Virus record (IMG/VR): IMGVR_UViG_3300033067_000636
Coordinates: 1-25,616 of that record
Source of the DNA: a virus
Taxonomy: Duplodnaviria > Caudoviricetes
Length of the DNA stretch: 25,616 bases
Strand: one strand, 5' to 3'
Part shown: positions 8,768-17,121 of the stretch, piece after piece
Layout: each line of letters opens with the position of its first letter
Position numbering within the stretch: position 1 is the first letter of the stretch
Notes under the pieces: model-generated
What the model saw: the letters and a program-made list of their open reading frames with translations, nothing else
Told to the model about the DNA's origin: nothing
Database searches by the model: none
Made by a program: the position numbers and the translations under genes

Positions 8768-9078
8768 TTTTTTTCCAAGTCCCCATCCGGCTTCATGGCC
8801 GACAGTGCCAGAATCTTCGTAGAAATTTGCTCGATGATCCCTGGTTTGGCTTGCCCTAGCGCGTCGATGTCTGCCGGATCTAGAGCAGGCTGAACCAAAC
8901 ACGCACGCACCGCCTCTAGCGAAATTTGCACAGGCGTCAAGTTTTTTGCCTGTATCTGTGACAACTCAATAGATGTGAGACCACGCACCTGAATCATACC
9001 GACTTCGGGCACGTCGTAATCGACCGGCTTGCCCGTGATGGCCGCAAAAAAATCTGATTTGTTGATATAACTAGACAA
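8749..9078 (-). CDS. Tail assembly chaperone (gpG-like)
   Basis: 109 aa between tube and tape measure; VPEVGMIQVRGLT...LVQPAL...ILALS pattern; ends in a slippery A-run. Confidence 0.85.
   Translation of the reverse strand: MSSYINKSDFFAAITGKPVDYDVPEVGMIQVRGLTSIELSQIQAKNLTPVQISLEAVRACLVQPALDPADIDALGQAKPGIIEQISTKILALSAMKPDGDLEKKVGPGS
8766..8776 (-). promoter_or_regulatory. Programmed -1 ribosomal frameshift slippery site
   Basis: Minus strand reads G GAA AAA AAA GTT (8 A; heptamer A AAA AAA) four codons before the chaperone stop. A -1 shift enters the downstream ORF. Confidence 0.8.
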
Positions 9079-9466
9079 ATGTCACCGGCCCCGAAACTTG
9101 AAAATCAAACGCGTTTTCTGCTTTGCCGTCATTGCTGATGGCGGGATTGTTGCCAGTCAGATATGCCGTCCCCACATTGAAATAGTTGGATGCATTGATA
9201 TAGCAACGTAGCGCCACCGCTGACCCACCCAACATTGCGTTGCGCAATGATGTTTGTACGGCATCGCTTGTGTCATAGTTGCCGCTGAAACTGCCAGTAG
9301 CATTGCGCAATGAAGGAATGTAGGTTTGCCATACATCCCCAAACGCCGTTGTTTCAACCGGCGAATGACTGAGCGACAGCGACCACTCAGCAATCGCCCC
9401 AACCGTGGTTGTACCACCAGTCATATAGACCACGGAACCTAATGTTCCCGATAACGCATTAGCCAT
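9071..9466 (-). CDS. Tail tube (major tail) protein
   Basis: 131 aa between terminator and chaperone. EWSLSL...VETTAFGDVWQTYIPSLR.ATGSFSGNYD and a C-terminal FDFQVSGP pattern typical of minimal siphophage tube proteins. AGGA upstream. Confidence 0.88.
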   Translation of the reverse strand: MANALSGTLGSVVYMTGGTTTVGAIAEWSLSLSHSPVETTAFGDVWQTYIPSLRNATGSFSGNYDTSDAVQTSLRNAMLGGSAVALRCYINASNYFNVGTAYLTGNNPAISNDGKAENAFDFQVSGPVTFV

Positions 9467-9480
9467 TTTCTAAAGTCCTC

Positions 9481-9873
9481 CTAAGACCAACCTGAAACTC
9501 TGTAGCTGCCGCCGACGTGCCAAAAACCGTCAGGGTCTCTATACTCGATTGTAGATTGACGCCGGCAACGGATAGAGGTGAATCCAACCATTGCTAGCGA
9601 AGCGTCCTGTAATAGTGAATGGATGTGGGTGTATACATTCTGGGCCTCACTTGGCCAGTTGCGATTACTCACGATCTTGACCACGTAATCAGCGTTGACA
9701 CCGTGCCCGCTCCCGAACGTGTAGTCGTCCATTGCTGCCTGCCGCTGATAGATACAGTAAGGCGGTGTGGCTCCTGACGTGGCCAGGATGTTGTAAATAT
9801 CCACGGTAGCGCCAGCGTGTAATACATTGTAGATAGCGCTACCGAACGAGAGCGAATCATTTACCTGTGCCAT
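9481..9873 (-). CDS. Tail terminator/completion protein (SPP1 gp17/DUF3168-like)
   Basis: 130 aa; AIYNVL...IY...ATPPYCIY pattern and C-terminal DPDGFWHV..YRV; lies directly before the tube gene. Confidence 0.8.
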   Translation of the reverse strand: MAQVNDSLSFGSAIYNVLHAGATVDIYNILATSGATPPYCIYQRQAAMDDYTFGSGHGVNADYVVKIVSNRNWPSEAQNVYTHIHSLLQDASLAMVGFTSIRCRRQSTIEYRDPDGFWHVGGSYRVSGWS

Positions 9874-10254
9874 TTAGCCAAAAATCCATGTGCGAATGCT
9901 GCCAACAAGATTGTTGATTACGCCACGTAAGCCGCCGCCCGCCACTTGTCGCATAATGCTGGGTAGTTGGCGCTCTACCTCGCGCACGGCGGGCAACATG
10001 AAGGGCTGCGCGGCCATTTTGTAAGTCCCGAACTCGACAAACGAACTGTGATCGGCATCGGCCTTAATGAGTAGCGTGTTGCCGTCAACCACATAATTGA
10101 TTTTGTCGCGCATCTCGCCGGTATCAACCGCCGCTAATTCCTTGGCCCGCGCCGTTGTTCGTGCGCCGATTTCGTTGAGCGCCGCCGCCTTGTTCTTGCC
10201 AACATTGCGCAGGATGGCGTCAAGGCCGCGAGTATCTAATGTGATTTTGCTCAT
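9874..10254 (-). CDS. HK97 gp10-like neck/tail-completion protein
   Basis: AKELAAVDTGEMRDKI and FVEFGTYKMAAQPFMLPA motifs. Confidence 0.9.
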   Translation of the reverse strand: MSKITLDTRGLDAILRNVGKNKAAALNEIGARTTARAKELAAVDTGEMRDKINYVVDGNTLLIKADADHSSFVEFGTYKMAAQPFMLPAVREVERQLPSIMRQVAGGGLRGVINNLVGSIRTWIFG

Positions 10255-11321
10255 ATAAAGTTCTTATGTCCTGGCTCAGCCACAATACTATCCAATGTCA
10301 GATTGGCGATATGTCCGCGGCACATGACCCGGCATTTATCATCGACTTGACAAGCGCCGCCGTTGCGGGTCCACAACTCGGCAAACGATTCAGTGGTTAA
10401 ATCGCCCAACAATGCGTCAGGATGTTCTCGCTTGTTCGTGCAGCGCCATACTTTGCCGTTCGGTGTAATTACCGTTTGAAGCGCTGCCCAATTGCATGTT
10501 TTGTAGCCGTGTCCGTTCCAGTCCCGATACATTTCAAATCGCCAGGTGTCAGCCACAACTTGTTTATCGCCGGCGTACTTGCGCAGGTTGTTGATTGCTC
10601 CGTTTACCCACTGCACATCCTCTACTAGTTGCCCCGGTGCCACCTGATCGTAGGCGATAATAGGCCGGAACTGCATGTAATCCACGCCGAGGGACTTGCC
10701 GAGCGCCACCATATCATCAACACGATTATAGTTGCCGGTGTGAAGCAGAAATCCGATGCCGATGGTGGCGTTACCTACCGCCGCTACCAAGAACTTGATT
10801 CCCTCGATCACTTTACTGAATCTATCGACGCCTTTGCTAGCCTTGAACGATTCAGAAGTACACTCATCCAGGCTGACATAAACAAAGGTGAGTTCCTGCT
10901 TCAGGAGATCCGCCAGTGCGGGCGTAATGTGCCCGCCGTGGGTATACAAACCCTGTTCTAGTCCCAACCAAGCCGCCACCCCGACAATATCCATGAATCG
11001 GGGGTGCAACGTCGGTTCGCCGCCGCCAGTCCAGGTGATCGACTTGACCCCCGCTTTCTTTAGTTGGGGCAGAATCGAATAGGCTAGATCATAGTCCATC
11101 AGATCGCCACCCAGGATAGCGCCCTCCGGCTTCCCGCGCTTGCCAGCCAACGGGCCACGCGTGTGCGTGAAGGCAAAATGACACCAGTTACAACCGTGTG
11201 AACAGCGATTTGACAAGTCAATTTCGACGTTAATGGGCGCTGAGGTACTTCCGGTCAACCTCATCTCTTGCAGCTTGTCTATATGGCTAAAAAGCTTCTG
11301 TCTTGAGTTAATGTAGTTCAC
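10251..11321 (-). CDS. Radical SAM enzyme with SPASM/twitch-like C-terminal domain
   Basis: CSHGCNWC (CxxxCxxC), TGGGEPTLHP, VSLD; C-terminal C-x12-G-x4-C then C-x5-C-x3-C. Start moved from 11348 to GTG 11321 because it forms a GTGA overlap with the upstream stop. Confidence 0.92.
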   Translation of the reverse strand: MNYINSRQKLFSHIDKLQEMRLTGSTSAPINVEIDLSNRCSHGCNWCHFAFTHTRGPLAGKRGKPEGAILGGDLMDYDLAYSILPQLKKAGVKSITWTGGGEPTLHPRFMDIVGVAAWLGLEQGLYTHGGHITPALADLLKQELTFVYVSLDECTSESFKASKGVDRFSKVIEGIKFLVAAVGNATIGIGFLLHTGNYNRVDDMVALGKSLGVDYMQFRPIIAYDQVAPGQLVEDVQWVNGAINNLRKYAGDKQVVADTWRFEMYRDWNGHGYKTCNWAALQTVITPNGKVWRCTNKREHPDALLGDLTTESFAELWTRNGGACQVDDKCRVMCRGHIANLTLDSIVAEPGHKNFI

Positions 11322-11812
11322 GCCGCACCACCTACTCTCTTTAGGCATGGAGTCCCGTCGATTATTTCGCCGTATGTGCCAGTGAACGAAATACTGCCAA
11401 CATCGAAACCAAGACCAGAAAACGGCGCATGAGTATGACCATGCACGATGCGTCTATTGGCGTAAAATGCCCTTACCGCTTGCACGTCTCTACTTTTTCC
11501 ACACGCGTGACCGTGTTCATAGCGAATCCCGTCAAGTTCCACGAATTCCTGTCCGTCCTTCGGGTCATGGTTGCCAAACGTTTTTATGACCCTGGTCAAT
11601 GTTTTTAACCGTTCATATTCAGGAACGATTGGCGGCGATGCGTCATAAAATGGTTCCCACCAGTCACCGAGATTCACGACTACATCGGGCGGATTAGCGA
11701 TTAATGCTCGCAGTAGTTCACCTATGTTTTCGTAATTCGCTGCGCTGTAATCCATATGCGCGATTGTGGCAGCGCTAGCCAGGTGCGCGTCTGAGAATGC
11801 GATCACTCTCAC
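11318..11812 (-). CDS. Calcineurin-like metallophosphoesterase
   Basis: Motifs SDAH, NLGDWWE, GNHD, EHGH and HGHTH in canonical order; GTGA overlap with the upstream gene. Confidence 0.9.
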   Translation of the reverse strand: MRVIAFSDAHLASAATIAHMDYSAANYENIGELLRALIANPPDVVVNLGDWWEPFYDASPPIVPEYERLKTLTRVIKTFGNHDPKDGQEFVELDGIRYEHGHACGKSRDVQAVRAFYANRRIVHGHTHAPFSGLGFDVGSISFTGTYGEIIDGTPCLKRVGGAA

Positions 11813-13080
11813 AATCCCGCCCCCGCTCTCACCGCAAAGATTCTTTCAGCCGGATAATCAGGGTAAGAAAGCACAGGATTAAATCCATTAAACTTGCTCA
11901 AGTCCTCGGTGATAAGCCATCCATTAGCCTTTGCCTGGGCGTAAAATGGCGTTCCAGGTAGCGGTGTCGATGTGGAAACTTGCCATTTCTGCATCATATC
12001 CAAGCTGCGCCAGCGATTCAGATCCGCAATCGTCTGTCTATCTGTCGCTTCACTTGAACCAGGCGCACCAATCTGGAAAGTGCCATAGCAACCAATGCCA
12101 ACCGCCTTGCACCAGTGCATCAGTTGTTCGAGTTGATCGACGTGCATAAGCTTCTTGATATGCTTGCCAACCTGCTCGCTTGTGCTTTCTACGCCAAAGC
12201 GAATTTGGCGATAACCGGCGCGCGCCAGCAGCTTCACCAAGTCCTCTGTGAACGTCCAGTAACCGCACATGGCGTCATACTGGTACTTGTTTAGCCCGCG
12301 CCGGATAAGGGCTTCTGCGAAGCTGGCCAGCCATTCAACATTTGCATTATGTGCCTCTTCATTGAAATAACATCCAGAGAAGCGACCTGTGTACTTTCCT
12401 GCAAGATTTTCGATTTCATCGCAAACGTCTTCAACGTTTCTACACCGATGACTCCGGTGCGACTTACCGTGACCTCCATAATAGGTAGGAACGACACAGA
12501 AGGTACAAGATAGAGGGCATCCTCTAGTGGGATAAACTTGTAATACACCTCTAGAGTAGTGGTTGATTTCGTCATAATCGATCCTCGAAATATCCTCATC
12601 TTCCGGCCACGGCAGCCAATCTAAATCAACATAGCCGACCGGCTGCGGCTCGTTCTTGAGTAGGGCCAGCACCTTGTGTTCGTACTCGCCAACCACCGTA
12701 TCAGTCCAGCCGTCAAGCGCCGCGCCTGCGTAGGTCGCCATTGGTCCACATAGGATTGCCCGACCGGGGTTGGCGCGCCGCATTACCTTCGTCATCGTGC
12801 TATAAGTGAGTGCCGAGCACTCACAGATAAGCACGTCAGGATTTAGTTTGCCTATCTCATCGCCGTATACGCGCCCCGTCCATTGCTTAATGTTGCCGTC
12901 GAGCATTTTTATATTGGCGTCCGGCAACTCGCGCTTTAAAAGGGTGGATAAATAAGCCAACTCGTATGGGTAGAATCTGAATGGCGCATTGGACACAGCA
13001 CTATCCCAGCGCGACGGAAACAGAATCACGTCGGAGCCATTATCTAGCCGGCCAGGGCCGTTGGCGATGACGATGTTCAT
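11809..13080 (-). CDS. B12 (cobalamin)-binding radical SAM enzyme (class B methyltransferase-like architecture)
   Basis: N-terminal PYELAYLSTLL...LDGN...PDVL...GP...VGEYE Rossmann-like domain; TRGCPLSCTFC; FGVES; FQIGAPG; TPLPGTPFY. Confidence 0.88.
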   Translation of the reverse strand: MNIVIANGPGRLDNGSDVILFPSRWDSAVSNAPFRFYPYELAYLSTLLKRELPDANIKMLDGNIKQWTGRVYGDEIGKLNPDVLICECSALTYSTMTKVMRRANPGRAILCGPMATYAGAALDGWTDTVVGEYEHKVLALLKNEPQPVGYVDLDWLPWPEDEDISRIDYDEINHYSRGVLQVYPTRGCPLSCTFCVVPTYYGGHGKSHRSHRCRNVEDVCDEIENLAGKYTGRFSGCYFNEEAHNANVEWLASFAEALIRRGLNKYQYDAMCGYWTFTEDLVKLLARAGYRQIRFGVESTSEQVGKHIKKLMHVDQLEQLMHWCKAVGIGCYGTFQIGAPGSSEATDRQTIADLNRWRSLDMMQKWQVSTSTPLPGTPFYAQAKANGWLITEDLSKFNGFNPVLSYPDYPAERIFAVRAGAGL

Positions 13081-13367
13081 AGATCATTTTCCCAGGGACA
13101 ATCTATTGGCCCCCACCATCTCCCGATCATACTTGACGCCCTCGCGTCATAACCGCACTCAAAACATCCAGTCGTAGGGATGTTGACAAGAATAGATTTA
13201 CCAGATTGTCCGTTAGCCGCAATATCATCAATTTCGCTGACGGAAACAATATCTTTTATTTCGACAGTTCCACTTGAGAAATTATGCCCATTATCGATTC
13301 CGTCGAACCAGTACAAACCTACTATGGCAGGCTGTTCCGCTTCTCCATTTCGGTGCGTATATGTCAT
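13077..13367 (-). CDS. Hypothetical protein (96 aa)
   Basis: ATGA overlaps at both ends. The P...GLYW...GRWWGPIDCP pattern resembles small phage accessory proteins. Confidence 0.7.
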   Translation of the reverse strand: MTYTHRNGEAEQPAIVGLYWFDGIDNGHNFSSGTVEIKDIVSVSEIDDIAANGQSGKSILVNIPTTGCFECGYDARASSMIGRWWGPIDCPWENDL

Positions 13368-13963
13368 TCTGCCTCCACATGCTTCAGCGCAAAGTACCGA
13401 ATGTTACGCTCCTCGCTCTGCCAATAATCAGGTATCAAATAGAACCGTTGTTTCTGGTCAAGGTGGATGAATGGAAATTGCGCGCCGACTGCCACCTTGT
13501 GGCCAGCCTTGATTGCTCGTGTGGTGAAATCAACATCCTCCCAACTGCTCACTTGAAAATTCTCATCCCAGCCGCCTAGTTCATCCCATATTGCGGACGG
13601 GATACACACACACCAGCCTTCGAGATAAGCAAAGCCCGGCATTTCCTTCAAGCATGGCCCGGCAATCATATTGGCCGGAACGCTGGCCAGCATGTCGGCA
13701 AATGGACCGGTACATAGCACGTCATTGCTCAGCACAATGTACCAATCCGAATCGCCGGCCAGCCGCGCCGCGGTGTTGATAGCTTTGCTATAGCATAGGC
13801 GCTCGGTTCTGTGGACATATGACAACGACGGGTAAGGCTCCGCGCTGGCGTTATCGATGACGACAATCTGGCAGTCAGGCTGATACTGTTGAATTGAATC
13901 AATCAATGGAAATGTATATTTTTGCCAGCCATCGATGCCGATAATTAGTGCTGATATTTTCAT
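13364..13963 (-). CDS. Glycosyltransferase family 2 (GT-A fold)
   Basis: IVVIDNAS, YSKAIN, LSNDV (DxD position), LGGWDENF...EDVDF. Confidence 0.92.
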   Translation of the reverse strand: MKISALIIGIDGWQKYTFPLIDSIQQYQPDCQIVVIDNASAEPYPSLSYVHRTERLCYSKAINTAARLAGDSDWYIVLSNDVLCTGPFADMLASVPANMIAGPCLKEMPGFAYLEGWCVCIPSAIWDELGGWDENFQVSSWEDVDFTTRAIKAGHKVAVGAQFPFIHLDQKQRFYLIPDYWQSEERNIRYFALKHVEAE

Positions 13964-14577
13964 TAGTTGATTGACACCGAATCCAAGGCGCTGAAATTCT
14001 CCAAAAACAAGCCCAAAACACTGTTGACAAACTCTAAATTCGTCAGCGGATTCACAACATCAAAGCCTTGTCCGATTAGCCATGCGTTGGTTGCTGACAC
14101 CGCATCAATACTTGGCTCGTCGTTCAATTCCGGCCACCTAGCATCGTCGGTACTCGTCATACGCACTAACTCAATCACGTCGGCGGACGGCAACAGCGCA
14201 GCGTATCCGTCCGCCGTACTCACGCTCAGCACCGCGGACCATTCGCCAATGGTGTCAATTTGCGCCCACCCACCTGTCAACACCTCGACTGATACGGTTT
14301 CGCCATCGTTATTTAGCGCGTTAACAAATGCGCCCGTGGGCCGGTCTTGTAGCGGCGCTAGCACCTCGCCTGTATCGCCAGCATCATAGTTGCCACTAAA
14401 TGAGCCGGTTGCGCCGCGAATAGACGGGATATAGGTTTGCCAATCCTCGTTGAACGCTGTCGTCTCCACAGGATTGTGGGATAACGCCAACGACCATTCT
14501 TTGATTGAGCCAACCAGCGCCGTGCCACCAGAGGTGTACACGACACTGCCAGCCGTACCCGATAGCGCATTGGCCAT
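13963..14577 (-). CDS. Chimeric tail-tube paralog: tube-like N-terminal ~65 aa plus an unrelated acidic C-terminal region
   Basis: Residues 1-65 match the tube protein at 9071..9466 in 51/65 positions (hand alignment); similarity is lost after GNYD. TAATG-coupled to the GT2 gene. Confidence 0.8.
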   Translation of the reverse strand: MANALSGTAGSVVYTSGGTALVGSIKEWSLALSHNPVETTAFNEDWQTYIPSIRGATGSFSGNYDAGDTGEVLAPLQDRPTGAFVNALNNDGETVSVEVLTGGWAQIDTIGEWSAVLSVSTADGYAALLPSADVIELVRMTSTDDARWPELNDEPSIDAVSATNAWLIGQGFDVVNPLTNLEFVNSVLGLFLENFSALDSVSIN

Positions 14578-14581
14578 CTTG

Positions 14582-15934
14582 CTATTGCCCGTTCACCGTA
14601 ACCAATTCGCCCGGAATGATTTGAGCGTTCCGACGCGCCCGCACCCGCGCGCCAACTTTCACCACGTCTGCTGGGGGTGCAACTTCCTGACGCGGCAGTG
14701 GACTTGCTTGTAGACGCGCTAGGGGCGGCGCTTCATCGGCTAGCCGTGCCACGAGCGGTTGCCAGTTGTCGCGTACAATCGAATCCCAGCTATATTCGCC
14801 GTGGATAGACTCCTGCGCGCGAAGTCGTTGCGACATGGGCCACAAGCGCCCATTCGCTTCCCATTGGGCGTGCAACTCTTCCAGGGCATCCTGAATGCCC
14901 CGCACGTCCGGCCATGCCTGCCAAGAGTTCATTGGCGTCCACAGCATGTCCAATGGCGCAATCTTGTAGCCCCAGCGCACCAATTCGGGCATGGCGCTGA
15001 AATCTGTTGTAATGACTGGTGCGCCGCACGCCTGCGCCTCAATCAGTGGAATGCCGAAGCCCTCAGCCATGCTCGCGCCCAGAAACGCATCGGTCGCGTT
15101 ATAGACCAGCGCTAGGTATTCAGCCGGCATTCCCTTGTAATATTGATAGCGCTCAGGAAACAGCACTTTGTGTGAGATGCCCAGATTACCTAGCAATTTT
15201 GGTAGGTCCAGCCCACCATACATGGTGGTTGGCTCGGTGTGGATGTAGAGCTTGGCGTGCGGCTTGTCTTTCGCAAAGTTGGCCCACGCTCTAATTTGTA
15301 CCTGAAACGCCTTGCGGTCAGGATAGCCCTTATTGGCGGAGACCATGACGGTTAGATGGCCACCAGGCGGGCACTGTAACAATTCTTGCTTAAACTTCTG
15401 TACGCGCTGCTGGTCGTCAGCCACACGATAAATGCTTGTTTCTACGCCGTGCGGAATGTACTCGTTTTTGATGCCGGCCTTATTCATCATCGTCTTGCCC
15501 CACTTGGAGTAAGAGAGGGTCAAATGCGCATCTTGTAGTGCATTGCTCACCGCTTCAGGGATAGGGTCATGGTCAATGGGTGTCCAGGGCAACCACAGCG
15601 CCGGCGCCACCTTTTTTGCCGTATCCTTGAGCACCCAGACATCGATCAACGAAATGACGATGTTGGCTGCAAAATCCTTAGTGTGGGCCTCAATGATGTC
15701 ATTACCGTAGGGGTCAACGCCGGCCGGGTAGCATCGCAGGCCGCCCACATCGTGGATGCCACCCTGTAACCCGTACCAGGCAAACATGGCGATATTGTTG
15801 ATGCCGCCAAATTCGGGTAGCGCAGCGAGACGTGGCAGTAAGGAGCGCCCTTGCACGCCGTAGCCCGAATTGCTCCACACGGCGTTTGAGCTATACAACA
15901 TCCTGAGAGAATTTTCTGACTTAGGAAGCGCCAT
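14582..15934 (-). CDS. Glycosyltransferase family 4 (GT-B fold)
   Basis: SGYG at the N-terminus, IPHGVE, DRK, EGFGIPLIEAQACGAPVI (Ex7E motif), YSWD. Confidence 0.95.
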   Translation of the reverse strand: MALPKSENSLRMLYSSNAVWSNSGYGVQGRSLLPRLAALPEFGGINNIAMFAWYGLQGGIHDVGGLRCYPAGVDPYGNDIIEAHTKDFAANIVISLIDVWVLKDTAKKVAPALWLPWTPIDHDPIPEAVSNALQDAHLTLSYSKWGKTMMNKAGIKNEYIPHGVETSIYRVADDQQRVQKFKQELLQCPPGGHLTVMVSANKGYPDRKAFQVQIRAWANFAKDKPHAKLYIHTEPTTMYGGLDLPKLLGNLGISHKVLFPERYQYYKGMPAEYLALVYNATDAFLGASMAEGFGIPLIEAQACGAPVITTDFSAMPELVRWGYKIAPLDMLWTPMNSWQAWPDVRGIQDALEELHAQWEANGRLWPMSQRLRAQESIHGEYSWDSIVRDNWQPLVARLADEAPPLARLQASPLPRQEVAPPADVVKVGARVRARRNAQIIPGELVTVNGQ

Positions 15935-16181
15935 TCGTCACCCGTTCAAATCCCGTTTCAATATAGTCCAGTTTCCATGCGCCTTCTGGCGCGTTATACC
16001 GTCTGCGCATGTGGGCCAATGCCATAGCATAAGCCTTTTGCCCGTAAAGAATCTCCGTATTCAGTTGCGTTAGGTAGGCGGCGTCCAGTGGATCAAGTTG
16101 CAGCACCGGCGCTAGGTCGGCTCCGCGTTTGCTCGATTCGTCTTGCGGCGCAACAAACTCACCTGTTTGATTTAGTATCAA
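15921..16181 (-). CDS. Hypothetical protein (86 aa)
   Basis: TTGA overlap with the stopper stop codon and overlap with the GT4 start; fills the operon gap. Confidence 0.65.
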   Translation of the reverse strand: MILNQTGEFVAPQDESSKRGADLAPVLQLDPLDAAYLTQLNTEILYGQKAYAMALAHMRRRYNAPEGAWKLDYIETGFERVTNGAS

Positions 16182-16552
16182 ATTCTCGTCTCCTCATTGA
16201 ACGAATTAGCGCCCACGCGCAGCGCCGTTGACCACGATTGATTGTTTGGCACCCAAACGACTTCAAACGTGCGGCCATCCACATGGATACGGTCCTGCGC
16301 TTTTACATCGCTATCGAACGGTATCGTGATATACCAGTCCCCCCGGCTGATGATTTGCCCCCCAGCTACATTCTCGTTCATAGCTCGGTTCGCCGCCCAC
16401 AAGTCGCACGCTACCGTGCCCACAGCCGCCCACGCTTCGTTATAGCCGCCCACGCCATCGGGCGTGCGGGTGACTCGTCTAATGATGGCCGTGCTTGACA
16501 TGACAGACTCTTCAACGTCGCGCATGGCGGCTAGCTCGGCGGTTGTCAACAC
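16178..16552 (-). CDS. Head-tail joining/stopper protein (SPP1 gp16-like)
   Basis: RTPDGVGGYNEAW and DVKAQDRIHVDGRTFEV motifs; follows the adaptor. Confidence 0.88.
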   Translation of the reverse strand: MLTTAELAAMRDVEESVMSSTAIIRRVTRTPDGVGGYNEAWAAVGTVACDLWAANRAMNENVAGGQIISRGDWYITIPFDSDVKAQDRIHVDGRTFEVVWVPNNQSWSTALRVGANSFNEETRI

Positions 16553-17121
16553 TGGTCACTCCGTTCGATTGCGCCAAATCCGCTACCCCATGACGACGAT
16601 CCCATTGCCTTGGCGTCAAACATATCGGCCATTTTCATGCAATGATCGAACCACTGCGAGCGGCTGTATTGTCGTCCCTCCACCCGGAAATCGTAAGCAC
16701 CCGACTGCTGACCGGCCCGTTCGCGCCATCCGTCCGCGATGGCGCCGTTCAGGTCGTAGCTTCTGCCGTCTAAGTAACGCGCGCTGCCGGCTTGGTTGGC
16801 GGTAAAGTCAAAACGCCCATTGGTGGCGTCTAGAGTAAAACCGCTGGCAATGGCCGAACCGCTAGAATCGTACAGGCGAAAGGCCACCGTACCGCTGGCC
16901 GTGCCTTCCAAGTAGCGATAGCTAGCCGTGTAGACGTGGTACTCGACTGTGCCTAATGCAATTTGCTGCGCGACGACGCTCAGCGGCGACTGAAAAAAAT
17001 CGCTACGTCTGGTATCTAAAATATCCTGCACACGGTCATCAGCGAACGCGTCATAGGTAAGATCGTTGACGCTGGACCTAAACCGAGTAACCAAATACTG
17101 CATCCCTGCTCGTAGTGCCAT
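16546..17121 (-). CDS. Head-tail adaptor protein
   Basis: Position between minor head genes and stopper; helical N- and C-terminal parts (FADDRVQDILD; YDLNGAIADGW...YDFRVEGRQYSRSQ) around a beta-rich insertion. Confidence 0.72.
   Translation of the reverse strand: MALRAGMQYLVTRFRSSVNDLTYDAFADDRVQDILDTRRSDFFQSPLSVVAQQIALGTVEYHVYTASYRYLEGTASGTVAFRLYDSSGSAIASGFTLDATNGRFDFTANQAGSARYLDGRSYDLNGAIADGWRERAGQQSGAYDFRVEGRQYSRSQWFDHCMKMADMFDAKAMGSSSWGSGFGAIERSDQC

Noticed and set aside
13077-13367. 96-aa ORF as a RiPP precursor for the radical SAM enzymes
   Set aside because: It looks like a globular small phage protein (GLYW...WWGPI), and no leader/core pattern, RRE domain, peptidase or transporter is visible. 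Not fully excluded.
14280-14380. Frameshift restoring a full second tail tube gene
   Set aside because: Both alternative frames reach stops within ~16 codons and show no tube-like sequence.
10251-15934. Cassette as a captured host polysaccharide locus or a known DNA-modification pathway (7-deazaguanine, hmC glucosylation)
   Set aside because: No flippase, polymerase or nucleotide-sugar synthesis genes, and no QueC/QueD/FolE/DpdA or hydroxymethylase in the window; the genes are coupled to structural genes. A novel DNA modification remains possible.
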